Part shown: positions 1 through 10,255 of the stretch, in pieces
How positions within the stretch are numbered: position 1 is the stretch's first letter
Layout of the letters: the number at the start of each line of letters is the position of its first letter
Assembly: GCA_965603765.1 (NCBI GenBank)
Contig: CBFDEG010000002.1
Span: 1 to 55,057, forward strand
Source: an uncultured bacterium
Lineage (GTDB): Bacteria; Nitrospirota; Thermodesulfovibrionia; UBA6902
Reading direction: 5' to 3'
Length of the DNA stretch: 55,057 nucleotides
Notes under the pieces: model-generated
What the model saw: only the letters and a program-made list of their open reading frames with translations
Database searches by the model: none
Told to the model about the DNA's origin: nothing
Made by a program: the position numbers and the translations under genes

Positions 1-1899
1 GAATGCCCTAACTTCCGGATCAACCGTTGTTCCGTCACTGTGGCAGTAAATATTATCACAGACCATTGTGTCCGGATCATAAGTGGGGGCAGGATTTCCG
101 GGTATGTTCCATTTTGAATTAATAACGACATCCTTGGTCTCATTTACATGTTTTGAATAGTCTTTGATATTACTTGAGGTATCTACGGTATCATCATGGC
201 AGTAGTAACAGGGATATTTTCTGATCCCATCACTGCCAATAAGACGTTGATGACCGTTCGAGCTCATTTCCAGAGTTTCCAGCCCTGTTCTGCCGTTATG
301 GCATGAATCACATTGCATGGATGTTGTATCAGTCCACTTTACAGCAACATTAGGTGCACTGCCTCTTGCATCACTATGGCAATAAGTGTTTGTGCATGCT
401 TTTGTTCCGCTGTTAAGAGTGCCGCCTGCTTCAAAGATTATGTCTTTAACATTGTTAACATGATATGACTGGTTTTTTATGGTGCTGCTTCCTGAGGCTG
501 TTTGATAGTGGCACTTTTCACACTGAATACCGTGTCTTGACTCATCTGTATGATTTTTGTGCTTATAGCTTAGATCACTGGATGAACCTCCGGTGTCATG
601 GCACGATGTGCATGTTACTGATCCGTCCCATGTAGGAATAGTATTTTTTCCGCCTCCCCAGACAGTGCCGTCCGGGAGTCTTCCGTGACAGTATATGTTA
701 TTGCAGGACATGCTTCCTGTATTTATGACGGTTGTATTGATCTCACTGTTGTCATAGTTGGCTGTTGTCTGTCCGTCATATATGCCACCAAGATATGCAC
801 CATCAAACAGCGAAAAACCCACTGTTATGTTCAGACCGTTCATATGGGTTGCGCCATAACCGGCACTGTCATGATGACAGACAATACAATTGAAATTCTT
901 GACATTAACATGAACGTCGTGAGCACCCGCGGTTACTGAACCAGTAACTCCGGATTCGTTAACCAGGCCGTCGGGCCCCCCGGTTGCTGTATCTACGGTC
1001 GGTGGAAAACCATGGCAGACATTACAGCCGGATCCTTTAAATCCTTCAGTATGTTTATGGCAAAATGTACATTTTTTATCTCCGGTTACCATATGCGCAT
1101 GGTTGCCGGAATCATTATTTCTGTGAAATGCTGTTTCTGTATGACAGATTTCACAGACACCGTCATACGTTGTATTTCCGTCTGCAAATGAATTTGTCCC
1201 TGATGGTTGAAATAATTTTACCGTGCTATTACCACTTTTTTGAGGAGTTATTGTTATGTTGTCGAGAGCTATAGTATTTTTGATGAGTTTTCCATATGTG
1301 ATTGCGAAGGTATCAACTCCAGGGGTAACTTTGCTTAGATCAACAACACCTCCTATCGTCAGTGTATTACTTGTGTTGCTTAAGATCTTATAGTAAAAAT
1401 TTTGATTGATATTCGGCATAACAATGAGCCCCTGGTGCTCGTTGTCTGTCCATTGCGCATCAGTCATTGTAAGCAGGCTCTGTCCTGCCTCAGGCATGTT
1501 TATTTGAATATCAGTAGAAATGTCTGAAAAAATATAACTTTCGGATCCGTATGTTCTGGCCTGTTTCTGATAATGCGGGTTATGGCAAACCCTGCACTCA
1601 ATTGTCCAGTCACCATATCTATTATTTATCTGAAGACTTGAATGTGTTTTTACATAAGGGGCTTTTATATCGTTGTGGCACTGCCAGCACAGGGCATTGT
1701 ACTGTGTATCGTCAATATCCTGTCCATAATTAAGACCTTCAAGAAGTAAAGAAGACTCACTTCCGTATATATAATGGCAGGTGTCACAACCGATGTCATT
1801 AATAGTATTATGGGGGTAATCTATTGCATATATAGATGTTGATAGCGGGTTTGCTACTAATGCCAATATGAATGCGATTATTAAAACGCGCTTATTGAT
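1..1899 (-). CDS. secreted multihaem c-type cytochrome (N-terminus present; C-terminus runs off the left window edge)
   Basis: I translated the reverse strand by hand from 1899 to base 1 and found 633 codons with no stop. The ORF is absent from the track because it has no ATG/GTG/TTG ahead of the signal peptide and no stop inside the window. The product starts with a signal-peptide-like INKRVLIIAFILALVANPLSTSIYA. It then carries 11 CxxCH motifs (CDTCH, CWQCH, CRVCH, CEICH, CTFCH, CNVCH, CIVCH, CTSCH, CEKCH, CDSCH, CYYCH) and 3 CxxxxCH motifs (CNNIYCH, CTNTYCH, CDNIYCH). The alternating CxxxxCH...CxxCH pattern is the Geobacter-type cytochrome repeat. Confidence 0.85.
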   Translation of the reverse strand, partial: MNKRVLIIAFILALVANPLSTSIYAIDYPHNTINDIGCDTCHYIYGSESSLLLEGLNYGQDIDDTQYNALCWQCHNDIKAPYVKTHSSLQINNRYGDWTIECRVCHNPHYQKQARTYGSESYIFSDISTDIQINMPEAGQSLLTMTDAQWTDNEHQGLIVMPNINQNFYYKILSNTSNTLTIGGVVDLSKVTPGVDTFAITYGKLIKNTIALDNITITPQKSGNSTVKLFQPSGTNSFADGNTTYDGVCEICHTETAFHRNNDSGNHAHMVTGDKKCTFCHKHTEGFKGSGCNVCHGFPPTVDTATGGPDGLVNESGVTGSVTAGAHDVHVNVKNFNCIVCHHDSAGYGATHMNGLNITVGFSLFDGAYLGGIYDGQTTANYDNSEINTTVINTGSMSCNNIYCHGRLPDGTVWGGGKNTIPTWDGSVTCTSCHDTGGSSSDLSYKHKNHTDESRHGIQCEKCHYQTASGSSTIKNQSYHVNNVKDIIFEAGGTLNSGTKACTNTYCHSDARGSAPNVAVKWTDTTSMQCDSCHNGRTGLETLEMSSNGHQRLIGSDGIRKYPCYYCHDDTVDTSSNIKDYSKHVNETKDVVINSKWNIPGNPAPTYDPDTMVCDNIYCHSDGTTVDPEVRAF

Positions 1900-2429
1900 C
1901 GTCCCCCCAATTATTTTTTCAGAAGTAATAAAGATTTTCTGAAACTTTGTTATATGCAGCCATGTAATCTTCTTGACGGATTATTTATCTGTATCGGATA
2001 ATTCTTTATTAACTTGAGGCATTTCTTCGAGTAATAATTGTAATTAGCTCAAATAATATATATAGTTACACATTAAGATTTGATTAAGTGATGCATCATC
2101 TTGTTTATGCCAAGCTTTATTGAAAGGATACAAGAAACATGTTCTGCTATGTTTTAAAAAAGTAGCAGGTTATATCATGATATGAAAACATATAGTCTTA
2201 ACACACCAATTGAGTGCTTCTTTTGGCATTTTGGAAAACAAATAAAATCGTGCATTAGCAGTTGTGCCAATACTCAATAAATGTTGTGAATTGTAAAGTT
2301 GTTGATTACCTTAACAAGGATGTATAACTGCTTTGCCAACAATTTTAGGTGAGATATATTTGATCTTTTTCATGATTCCCCTTTTTTAAGAATAAGTGTA
2401 TTTAATATAACATATAATTTGAAAAAAAT

Positions 2430-3938
2430 TTATTGGGTATTGTCTCTTCCATAAGTTATTGTTGTTGTTTTTAATTTATTAATCAGCGCTGGTGACAGTT
2501 GCTTAGGAAGAAGCCTCCATTCCCAGTTGCCGCATGTGCTTGCGGGAAGGTTCATCCTCTGTTTTTCTCCGAGACCGAGAATGTCCTGCATCGGTATGAT
2601 GACCATGTCCGCGACCGACATCATGGCGAGTCGTATCATGTACCAGTTCACGGTCTTTTCAGAGACCCTGTGGCCGATATACTCAGTGAGCCTTTTCCTG
2701 CCGTCCGCGTCAAGCTCGTTTTTGTACCAGCCCTTTATTGTGCTGTTGTCATGTGTGCCTGTGTAGACAACGCAGTTCTTTACGTGGTTATGGGGCGCGT
2801 AAGGGTTTGTTGGAAGGTTTTCGCCGAATGCAAAGAGAAGCACCTTCATCCCCGGAAAACCGAATTCGTTGATTATGGCCGTAACATCTGGCGTGATAAG
2901 TCCGAGGTCTTCGGCGATTATTGAAATGTCAGGAAAATTATCGAGGACTGTATTGAAGAATTCCCGCGCAGGCGCCTTTGCCCATCTGCCGTTCAGCGCG
3001 GTCGTCTCATTGGCATTTACTTTCCAGAATCCGACAAAACCCCTGAAGTGGTCTATCCTGAACATATGAAAGAGCATCAGATTCTGCTTTATCCTTTTGA
3101 TCCACCATGAAAACCCGGACCGCTTAAGAACGTTCCAGTTGTATACCGGATGCCCCCAGAGCTGGCCGGTTGCGCTGAAATAATCTGGCGGTACGCCCGC
3201 AACGAATACCGGTTCCCTGTCTTTGTCCAGACTGAATATTTCAGGGTTTGTCCATACATCACAGCTGTCATAATTCACATAGATTGGGATGTCACCGATA
3301 AGCTTTATCCCTTTTGCGGTGCAGTGGTCCTTAAGCTCATGCCATTGGCTGAAGAAGAGGTACTGCAGAAATTTTTCGTATAGAATATTGTCAGCCACTT
3401 TATCTGACCAGTGAGCGAGCGCTTTTTTCCTGCGGTCTCTTATGTCTTCAGGCCATCTGTTCCATGCCTGCCCGTTCATGTGATTCTTGATGGAGATAAA
3501 TAAAGAGTAATCATCGAGCCAGTCAGCGTTCTCAGTACAGAATATTTTAAATGCCTTCTGCTTTAGCAGGATCTCTCTATTGGTTTTGTAAGCGGCCCTG
3601 AAAATGGCCTGTTTATATTTAAGGGCTTTTTTATAATTAACTTTATTGAGCGGGAACGGCTTGTGGTTTTTTAAGGCTGGACCCGGAAGAAAACCGCTGC
3701 TGACCATTTTTTCCGGGCTTATCAGGAGCGGGTTGCCTGCGTATGCTGAGAAACTGCTGTAAGGGGAATTCCCGTACGCACTGCATGTGGGCGCAAGGGG
3801 AAGTATCTGCCAGAAACTCTGACGGCTTTCAGCGAGAAAGTCGGCGAATTCATGTGCCCCAGTTCCGAGGTCCCCCACACCGTAAGGTGATGGGAGTGAT
3901 GTTATATGCAGAAGAATACCGCTGCCACGTTTTTCCAT
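2430..3938 (-). CDS. malQ: 4-alpha-glucanotransferase (amylomaltase, GH77)
   Basis: Track ORF is 2430..3995. The conserved N-terminus MEKRGSGILLHITSLPSPYGVGDLG starts at the internal ATG at 3938, 5 nt past the stop of the upstream gene (3944). GH77-like motifs are present: WGHPVYNW, FRIDHFRGF, YTGTHDN. Confidence 0.9.
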   Translation of the reverse strand: MEKRGSGILLHITSLPSPYGVGDLGTGAHEFADFLAESRQSFWQILPLAPTCSAYGNSPYSSFSAYAGNPLLISPEKMVSSGFLPGPALKNHKPFPLNKVNYKKALKYKQAIFRAAYKTNREILLKQKAFKIFCTENADWLDDYSLFISIKNHMNGQAWNRWPEDIRDRRKKALAHWSDKVADNILYEKFLQYLFFSQWHELKDHCTAKGIKLIGDIPIYVNYDSCDVWTNPEIFSLDKDREPVFVAGVPPDYFSATGQLWGHPVYNWNVLKRSGFSWWIKRIKQNLMLFHMFRIDHFRGFVGFWKVNANETTALNGRWAKAPAREFFNTVLDNFPDISIIAEDLGLITPDVTAIINEFGFPGMKVLLFAFGENLPTNPYAPHNHVKNCVVYTGTHDNSTIKGWYKNELDADGRKRLTEYIGHRVSEKTVNWYMIRLAMMSVADMVIIPMQDILGLGEKQRMNLPASTCGNWEWRLLPKQLSPALINKLKTTTITYGRDNTQ

Positions 3939-3943
3939 AATTG

Positions 3944-6364
3944 TCAGATCGTTACATGCAGGTGCGAGCCTAATTTTATAAAACCTTCTGTCCATTGCCG
4001 GGCATGGTCGTCAGCGTTCTCTGCATTTTTCTTCATGATTTCGTAATGATGTTTGCCGGTTGAAAAATATTCGTTCTGCGCCTTCCAGAGGTCCAGCGAA
4101 ATCGAGAGAGGCCCTATTGCCTCCATTGCCTTTTCGATCTGGCTGAATATCATTATGTCATCCGGTTTACCCGAGAGCCTTTCCATTACCGAGTTGAGCC
4201 ATGACCCTGCGATGTAGCCGATGGTCGTCCTGTCGAGATTGACGGCCCATTTCTTTGATTCTTCTATCAGCCGGTTGAGCTTTTCAATGTCCAGCTCGTC
4301 TTCCTCAAATATCTTTTTAAGGTCTGTGTTCAGTGTATATTCTGCTGCTGAATAAAATGGCCTCGGCAGCCGCTGCTGAAGATTGTGGTAAAAGCCCATG
4401 ATCGCAAAATTGTCTTCATATATATGACGGTATGATGTTTCAATGTTTTCATAGGTCAACTGGAGTATCTGGTCAAGCACCTTCCGCTGCTCGTCCTTGA
4501 AAAGATGCCACAGGGAGTAGATATGTTCTCCGAAGTGATTGTCCAGAAGCCTCAGTGTTTCGGGAATGTCGCCTTTTTCAAAAGATGTCTTCATCTCGCC
4601 CTGCATTACCGCGAACTCTTGTTCCCCGCTGAATTCACTTACCCCTGCGTTTATATTATGGTCTCCGAGGTGCAGGACAGCAAAACTGATCGTCTTTTCT
4701 TCCCATGTTATATTTGACGTTATCGTTGACTTTCCGGTTACGAGTTTCAGCTTGCCGGCCTCTGTCTTGTTATGCACCTCGCTGCCGGCTGTGTAGCAGT
4801 ATATCTCGGTCTGTTCAGGGTAGTCCTCAAATACGGAGGAGATGCAGTAATGAGCGCCCACACGCAGAAGGTCTGTCTTTGCGGACTTTACATATCTGTC
4901 ATAAGGCTCGGCCGCATTGTTAAATACATTGCTTGGTGTCTTTTTGAGGTGCTCCAGAAACCTTGATTCAACAGCGAGTCCTGAAAGCTCTTCAGCATAC
5001 TGTATTGCCTTGGAAGCGTACTGGATTATCTGTATTGTTTCTATGCCGGACACCTCGTCAAAGAACCAGCCGCAGCTTGTGTACATCAGCATGGCATACC
5101 GCTGGCTCTCCAAAAGTTTCAGGACTATGGTCTTTTCATCTTTCGAAAGCTGACGCACTGAGTTCTCATTGATGAATCTGTCTATGTTTTTCCTGGACCG
5201 GTCAAGGAGTATCCTTATATATTCGTTCCGCACGTCCCATGGGCGCCTTAAATATTTTGAGGCCTCTGTTGTGTAGATATCAGACAGGCTGTCCCTCAAA
5301 CTGTCGAGGGCCTCTCGCAGGGGTTTCCTCCAGGTCTGTGTCCAGCCAGGGTTCATTCCGGAGTGGCAGCCGCAGTTGTCGCGCCACCTCTCCACGCCAT
5401 GCACACAGCTCCATGATGAGTTGTCATGTATCTCAACGATCTGCTCGGGCGGGTGCTTTGAGAGATATTCACCGTAGTTTGTTAGCTTCGCAAGATTCTT
5501 TGATTCAATATGGTGCAGCGCGTATGACAGGGCCATGTCTCCATAGCGGTGGTGGTGTCCGAAGGTTTCTCCATCTGTGGCGAGATGTACTATTTGAGGT
5601 CTCTTCCTGCTGTTATCAAAGGTGGAAAGCAGTCTGTTTGCAAAATCCTCTCCGTTCTTCAGAAGGCCGCCGAATGATATGTCCTGCGATATCGGGCCGT
5701 CATAGAAAAACAGGTTGATGCTTCTTCCGGAAGGCAGAGGACATTTATACGGCATGGTAGGGTCAATCTTTTCACCCGAGACATCATGCCATTTTGCCTT
5801 TAGTCCTTTTGCGCGGGTCTTTTTCGCCTGCCTGGGTGCCAGGACCGTGAACAGTATGCCGAGGTTCACAAGAATCTCGAGTGTTTCGGTATCAACAGCC
5901 GCCTCCGGCAGCCACATGCCTTCGGGCGCGCGGCCAAACCTTTTTTCAAAGTCCTTTATGCCCCATATTATCTGGGTGTACTTGTCCCGCCTGTTAGCAA
6001 GCGGAAGTATCATGTGATTGTACGCGTGCGCAATGGCCGAGCCATGGCCGGAGAACCGTTCCATGCTCATGCGGTCGGCCTCGATTATCGACTTATATAC
6101 ATCCGGCTTGTGGCGCTCCATCCATGACAGGAGCGTGGGTCCGAAGTCAAAGCTTATCTTTGAGTAGATGTTGATGATGTCGATGATCTTTTCATCGAAA
6201 TTGAGTATGCGTGATGCCGCATTCGGGGCATAGCATTCGGCTGTTATCCTTTCATTCCAGTCATGATAAGGATAGGCGCTGTCCTGAAACTCTATTTCTT
6301 CGAGCCATGAGTTTTCTCTCGGAGGCTGATAAAAATGCCCGTGTATGCATATGTATCTGTCCAT
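3944..6364 (-). CDS. glycoside hydrolase family 57 protein with a long C-terminal helical extension (GH57 + DUF3536-like architecture)
   Basis: 806-aa ORF. The N-terminus MDRYICIHGHFYQPPRENSWLEE and the segment HLATDGETFGHHH are GH57 hallmarks. It lies between glgB and malQ on the same strand. Confidence 0.85.
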   Translation of the reverse strand: MDRYICIHGHFYQPPRENSWLEEIEFQDSAYPYHDWNERITAECYAPNAASRILNFDEKIIDIINIYSKISFDFGPTLLSWMERHKPDVYKSIIEADRMSMERFSGHGSAIAHAYNHMILPLANRRDKYTQIIWGIKDFEKRFGRAPEGMWLPEAAVDTETLEILVNLGILFTVLAPRQAKKTRAKGLKAKWHDVSGEKIDPTMPYKCPLPSGRSINLFFYDGPISQDISFGGLLKNGEDFANRLLSTFDNSRKRPQIVHLATDGETFGHHHRYGDMALSYALHHIESKNLAKLTNYGEYLSKHPPEQIVEIHDNSSWSCVHGVERWRDNCGCHSGMNPGWTQTWRKPLREALDSLRDSLSDIYTTEASKYLRRPWDVRNEYIRILLDRSRKNIDRFINENSVRQLSKDEKTIVLKLLESQRYAMLMYTSCGWFFDEVSGIETIQIIQYASKAIQYAEELSGLAVESRFLEHLKKTPSNVFNNAAEPYDRYVKSAKTDLLRVGAHYCISSVFEDYPEQTEIYCYTAGSEVHNKTEAGKLKLVTGKSTITSNITWEEKTISFAVLHLGDHNINAGVSEFSGEQEFAVMQGEMKTSFEKGDIPETLRLLDNHFGEHIYSLWHLFKDEQRKVLDQILQLTYENIETSYRHIYEDNFAIMGFYHNLQQRLPRPFYSAAEYTLNTDLKKIFEEDELDIEKLNRLIEESKKWAVNLDRTTIGYIAGSWLNSVMERLSGKPDDIMIFSQIEKAMEAIGPLSISLDLWKAQNEYFSTGKHHYEIMKKNAENADDHARQWTEGFIKLGSHLHVTI

Positions 6365-6408
6365 GATGGGTTATATCCTAATTTGAATTATTTGTCGGAC
6401 GCTTATCT

Positions 6409-8370
6409 CTAATTCTTGAAAAACAGTATCCCGAGCGGCGGCAGTGTCAGTGTGATCGAGTAGTCTCTGCCTTGCGCGGGTGATTGTTCAGCCTCTGCTC
6501 CTCCAGAATTTCCGCAGCCGCTGCCACCGTATATACCGGAATCGCTGTTAAGAAGTTCTCTCCAGAAGCCGCCGTTAGGCAGTCCTACTTTATAGTTGTG
6601 CCTGGGCACTGTAGTGAAATTGCAGATAATAAGCATTGTCTCTCCTGTTGTCCTGCTCTTTCTCAGGAAGCTTATAATGCACTGTTCCCAGTCATGGAAG
6701 TCTATCCATTCGAAACCGTCCTCTGAAAAATCGAGCTCGTACAATGCCGGCTCATTTTTGTAGAGGTGGTTAAGGTCGCTTACCCATTTCTGGACACCAT
6801 GGTGTGAGATGTGCTCCAGACCATGCCACTCAAGGCTCTCATCATGGTTCCATTCTTTCCATTGAGCGAACTCGCAGCCCATAAAAAGGAGCTTTTTGCC
6901 CGGATGAGAGTACATATATCCGAACATGAGCCTCAGGTTTGCGGAACTCTGCCATTCATCCCCCGGCATTTTACCGATAAGCGCGCCTTTGCCATGCACT
7001 ACCTCATCATGTGAGAGCGGGAGTGCGAAGTTTTCAGTAAAGGCGTACCATAAGCTGAATGTGAGTTTGTCGTGATGGTATTTCCTGAAAATGGGGTCTG
7101 TTGACATATATTTTAAAGTGTCATGCATCCAGCCCATGTTCCATTTCATGCCGAACCCGAGTCCGCCTACATGTACCGGTCTTGATACCATGGGCCATGC
7201 TGTTGATTCCTCTGCCATTGTCTGTACATCAGGGAATGCGCTGTAAACAGCCTCATTCATTTTTTTAAGGAAGGTGATGGCTTCAAGGTCTTCGTTGCCG
7301 CCGTATTTGTTCGGGATCCACTCCCCGTCCTTTCTTGCATAGTCCAGGTAGAGCATGGATGCCACCGCGTCTACCCTGATGCCGTCGAGGTGATATTTAT
7401 CAAGCCAGAAAAGGGCGCTGCTTATCAGGAAGTTCTGTACTTCATTTCTTCCGTAATTGAATATGTAACTTTTCCATTCAGGGTGATACCCTTTCTGAGG
7501 GTCTTCGTGCTCATACAGGTATGAGCCGTCAAAATAGGACAGGCCGTGCTGGTCCGAAGGGAAATGTGAAGGCACCCAGTCCAGTATTATGCCTATGCCG
7601 TTTTGATGGAGATGGTCTACAAGATACATGAAATCCTGCGGTGTGCCGAACCTGCTCGTCGGAGCGAAATATCCTGTGGTCTGGTATCCCCATGAGCCGT
7701 AGAACGGATGTTCAGTGATCGGCATAAGCTCTACATGCGTAAATCCCATGTACTTTACATAATCCGCAAGCTGGTGGGCCGATTCTCTGTATGTGAGGAA
7801 CCTGTCACCTTCTTCAGGGACTCTCCGCCAGGAGCCGAGGTGCACCTCATATATTGACCAGGGAGCATTCAGGTCATTGTTCTTATGCCTGTTCTGCATC
7901 CAGTTGTTATCGTTCCATTGATATTCAAGCCCCCAGACCTTAGAGGCTGTCTTTGGAGGGTTCTCCCAGAAAAATGCGTAAGGGTCTCCCTTGTCAACAG
8001 AATATCCGTTATATTTTGAGACTATGTGATATTTATAGACATCTCCTGACTTGACGGCCGGTATGAAACCTTCCCATATGCCTGAATCGTCCAGTCGCGA
8101 TGAAAGCTCGTGTGAGGTTTTGTTCCAGCCATTGAAGTCACCGGTAACAGAGACCTTTTCAGCATTCGGAGCCCATAAGGCAAAGTATGTTCCTTCTTTG
8201 CCGTCTATTTCGAGAGTACGTGAGCCGAGCTTGTCATACAGCCTGAAATGGCTGCCCTCTTTGAACAGATAGATGTCGTGGTCAGTAAAAAGGCTTATAT
8301 CATGTCTTACGTTACTGTCTTTGTTTTCCTGTATTACAGGAGCTGTTGATGATGTTTCATTTTTCTTCAT
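6409..8370 (-). CDS. glgB: 1,4-alpha-glucan branching enzyme (GH13)
   Basis: Track ORF is 6409..8427. The likely start is the internal ATG at 8370 (MKKNETSS), preceded by AAGGA. GH13 branching-enzyme motifs are present: [37 protein letters not shown]. Confidence 0.9.
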   Translation of the reverse strand: MKKNETSSTAPVIQENKDSNVRHDISLFTDHDIYLFKEGSHFRLYDKLGSRTLEIDGKEGTYFALWAPNAEKVSVTGDFNGWNKTSHELSSRLDDSGIWEGFIPAVKSGDVYKYHIVSKYNGYSVDKGDPYAFFWENPPKTASKVWGLEYQWNDNNWMQNRHKNNDLNAPWSIYEVHLGSWRRVPEEGDRFLTYRESAHQLADYVKYMGFTHVELMPITEHPFYGSWGYQTTGYFAPTSRFGTPQDFMYLVDHLHQNGIGIILDWVPSHFPSDQHGLSYFDGSYLYEHEDPQKGYHPEWKSYIFNYGRNEVQNFLISSALFWLDKYHLDGIRVDAVASMLYLDYARKDGEWIPNKYGGNEDLEAITFLKKMNEAVYSAFPDVQTMAEESTAWPMVSRPVHVGGLGFGMKWNMGWMHDTLKYMSTDPIFRKYHHDKLTFSLWYAFTENFALPLSHDEVVHGKGALIGKMPGDEWQSSANLRLMFGYMYSHPGKKLLFMGCEFAQWKEWNHDESLEWHGLEHISHHGVQKWVSDLNHLYKNEPALYELDFSEDGFEWIDFHDWEQCIISFLRKSRTTGETMLIICNFTTVPRHNYKVGLPNGGFWRELLNSDSGIYGGSGCGNSGGAEAEQSPAQGRDYSITLTLPPLGILFFKN

Positions 8371-8618
8371 TAATGTCTGTTCCTTAAAAAGATGTTCTGT
8401 ATGGGAGATCCTTAAATAAAGGTACATTTAAGCTGGATTGCACCATGCAGATTCATATAAATATAAAGTAGATGAATATGAAATGCAACACAAAATATCA
8501 TAACTGTATTATTAATTTGAATTAAAGTTTTACTGTTCTGAGTCCGATTTTAGATATGTTGTAAAGGGGCGCTTTATTTCCATTCAATTTAAAGGGGAAG
8601 GGACCATCTGTTTTTAAT

Positions 8619-10121
8619 ATGAGCAATCTGGACTCATTACTGAAAAATATCGCCGCACTTCCTTCACTGCCTACGATAGCAATGAAGATAATTCAGAAGG
8701 TCAAGAAGGACAACCTTGCGATAAATGAGCTTATCGATATTATGTCCGTTGACCCCGCGCTTGCGGCAAAGATACTGAAGGTCGCCAATTCCTCTTTCTA
8801 CGCGCTTCCGTACAGGGTTGACTCCATAGAGAAGGCGGTAAGCGTCCTGGGTATTGAGGCGCTTAAGAACATTGCGCTCTCCTTTGTGATAGTAAAGGGA
8901 CTTAGAAGAAATGCGGTTGACAGGTTTGACCATGAACTTTTCTGGAAACGTTCCATTACAGCGGCTGTTACTGCCGAGCTGCTCGCATCCAGAATGAAGA
9001 TCCAGCATGAGGACACTTTTGTTGTGCCATTGCTGATGGATATAGGTGTCCTGGTAATGTACCTGTCCAGACCGGATGATTATATCAAGGTCTTTGACCT
9101 TAAAAGAGCATCCAATATAAAGACCTCTGAAGTTGAGACGTCCATATTCGGGTTTGATCATCAGGAGGCAGGCAGTATGGTGCTTAAGGAGTGGAAGATA
9201 CCGCCTAATATTTATATGCCTATTGCATATCATCATAACCGGGAGAGCGCTCCGGATGAATACCGCGGCATGGTCGATATCCTTGATGTTGCTGATATGG
9301 TCTCCTCTTTTTATCACGGACATAAAAGTCTTGAAAAACTCGGAGAATTGAAACTGTCGCTGACCGAACTGAAAATGGAAGAGACAGAGATCGAGGCTTT
9401 TATTGATGAAGTTGCGGACAGGACAGTTGAAATATTATCATCTTTTGAGATCGACCCCGGTGACCTGAAGCCTTATTCCCAGATACTGCAGGAGGCCAAT
9501 GAAGAGCTCGGAAAGCTCAATATGTCATATGAACAGCTTGTCATAGAGCTGAAACAGGCCAAAAAGGATGCTGAGGACTATGCGGTTGAGCTATGGGACA
9601 TTAAAGAAAAGATGCGGGAGATCTCTGTCAGGGACGCGCTTACCGGGCTTTACAATCATCGTTATTTTCAGGAGCTTTTTGACAAGGAACTGAGCAGGTC
9701 TGAAAGGTATTCACGCTCTCTTTCAATCATGATGATCGATATTGATCATTTTAAAAAGATCAATGATACCTATGGTCATCTTCATGGAGATCTTGTGCTG
9801 CAGGAAATAGGTGAACTTTTTAAAAAGTCACTCAGGACATCCGATACGGTCGCAAGGTATGGAGGGGAGGAGTTTGCCGTTGTCATGCCCGAGACAGACA
9901 TTGACGGAGCCGCAATTCTTGCCGAACGACTGAGGAAATATGTTGAGGTGCTTAAGATAAATATTGACGGCAGGGGCATCAATGTTACGATAAGTATCGG
10001 GGTCACAACATACTGTCCATCAAAGGGCAACAGGACAAAGGCGGAGATAATAGATGTAGCAGACAAGGCCCTGTATATCTCGAAAAAATCCGGTAGAAAT
10101 AAAATAAGCCTTGTAAAATAG
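8619..10121 (+). CDS. HDOD-domain diguanylate cyclase (HDOD + coiled coil + GGDEF)
   Basis: 500-aa ORF. The N-terminal roughly 270 aa look HDOD-like (LPSLPTIAMKII..., FGFDHQEAG). The C-terminal GGDEF domain has an intact RYGGEEFAV active site and an RTSD (RxxD) I-site five residues upstream. Confidence 0.85.
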   Translation: MSNLDSLLKNIAALPSLPTIAMKIIQKVKKDNLAINELIDIMSVDPALAAKILKVANSSFYALPYRVDSIEKAVSVLGIEALKNIALSFVIVKGLRRNAVDRFDHELFWKRSITAAVTAELLASRMKIQHEDTFVVPLLMDIGVLVMYLSRPDDYIKVFDLKRASNIKTSEVETSIFGFDHQEAGSMVLKEWKIPPNIYMPIAYHHNRESAPDEYRGMVDILDVADMVSSFYHGHKSLEKLGELKLSLTELKMEETEIEAFIDEVADRTVEILSSFEIDPGDLKPYSQILQEANEELGKLNMSYEQLVIELKQAKKDAEDYAVELWDIKEKMREISVRDALTGLYNHRYFQELFDKELSRSERYSRSLSIMMIDIDHFKKINDTYGHLHGDLVLQEIGELFKKSLRTSDTVARYGGEEFAVVMPETDIDGAAILAERLRKYVEVLKINIDGRGINVTISIGVTTYCPSKGNRTKAEIIDVADKALYISKKSGRNKISLVK

Positions 10122-10255
10122 GCCTCCCCCTTAAAAATTCCAGAAATATCCAGCAGTTCCGGTATCAAAAATCACAAAAAACTTTCTTTCTGACAATGTA
10201 ACATTGTAAAATGTCCAATAATTGAAATATGACATATTATTTTGCCGGAGGAAGA

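Noticed and set aside
685-1733. Three + strand ORFs (685..939, 1065..1274, 1551..1733) in the ORF track.
   Set aside because: They lie antisense to a continuous 633-codon reverse-strand frame full of CxxCH motifs. Their products are Cys/His/Tyr-rich mirror artefacts with no ribosome-binding sites.
2311-2373. 20-codon reverse-strand ORF (MKKIKYISPKIVGKAVIHPC) with an AAGGGGA Shine-Dalgarno, between malQ and the cytochrome gene.
   Set aside because: It is too short and featureless to support from sequence alone. It could be a leader peptide, but I have no conservation evidence.
3939-3995. N-terminal extensions of track ORFs: malQ to 3995, glgB to 8427, gatB from 11767, prmC from 41102, prfA from 40007, rpmE from 38839, lipoprotein from 24028, SBP-B to 18857.
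   Set aside because: The conserved protein N-termini begin at internal starts, most of them preceded by a Shine-Dalgarno-like sequence (malQ is the exception). The extensions overlap upstream genes or structured intergenic elements.
10193-10207. Palindrome ACAATGT-A-ACATTGT upstream of gatA, sharing the ACAATGT half-site with the hipBA operator candidates.
   Set aside because: A shared 7-mer in AT-rich DNA is likely coincidence, and there is no functional link between gatA and HipB.
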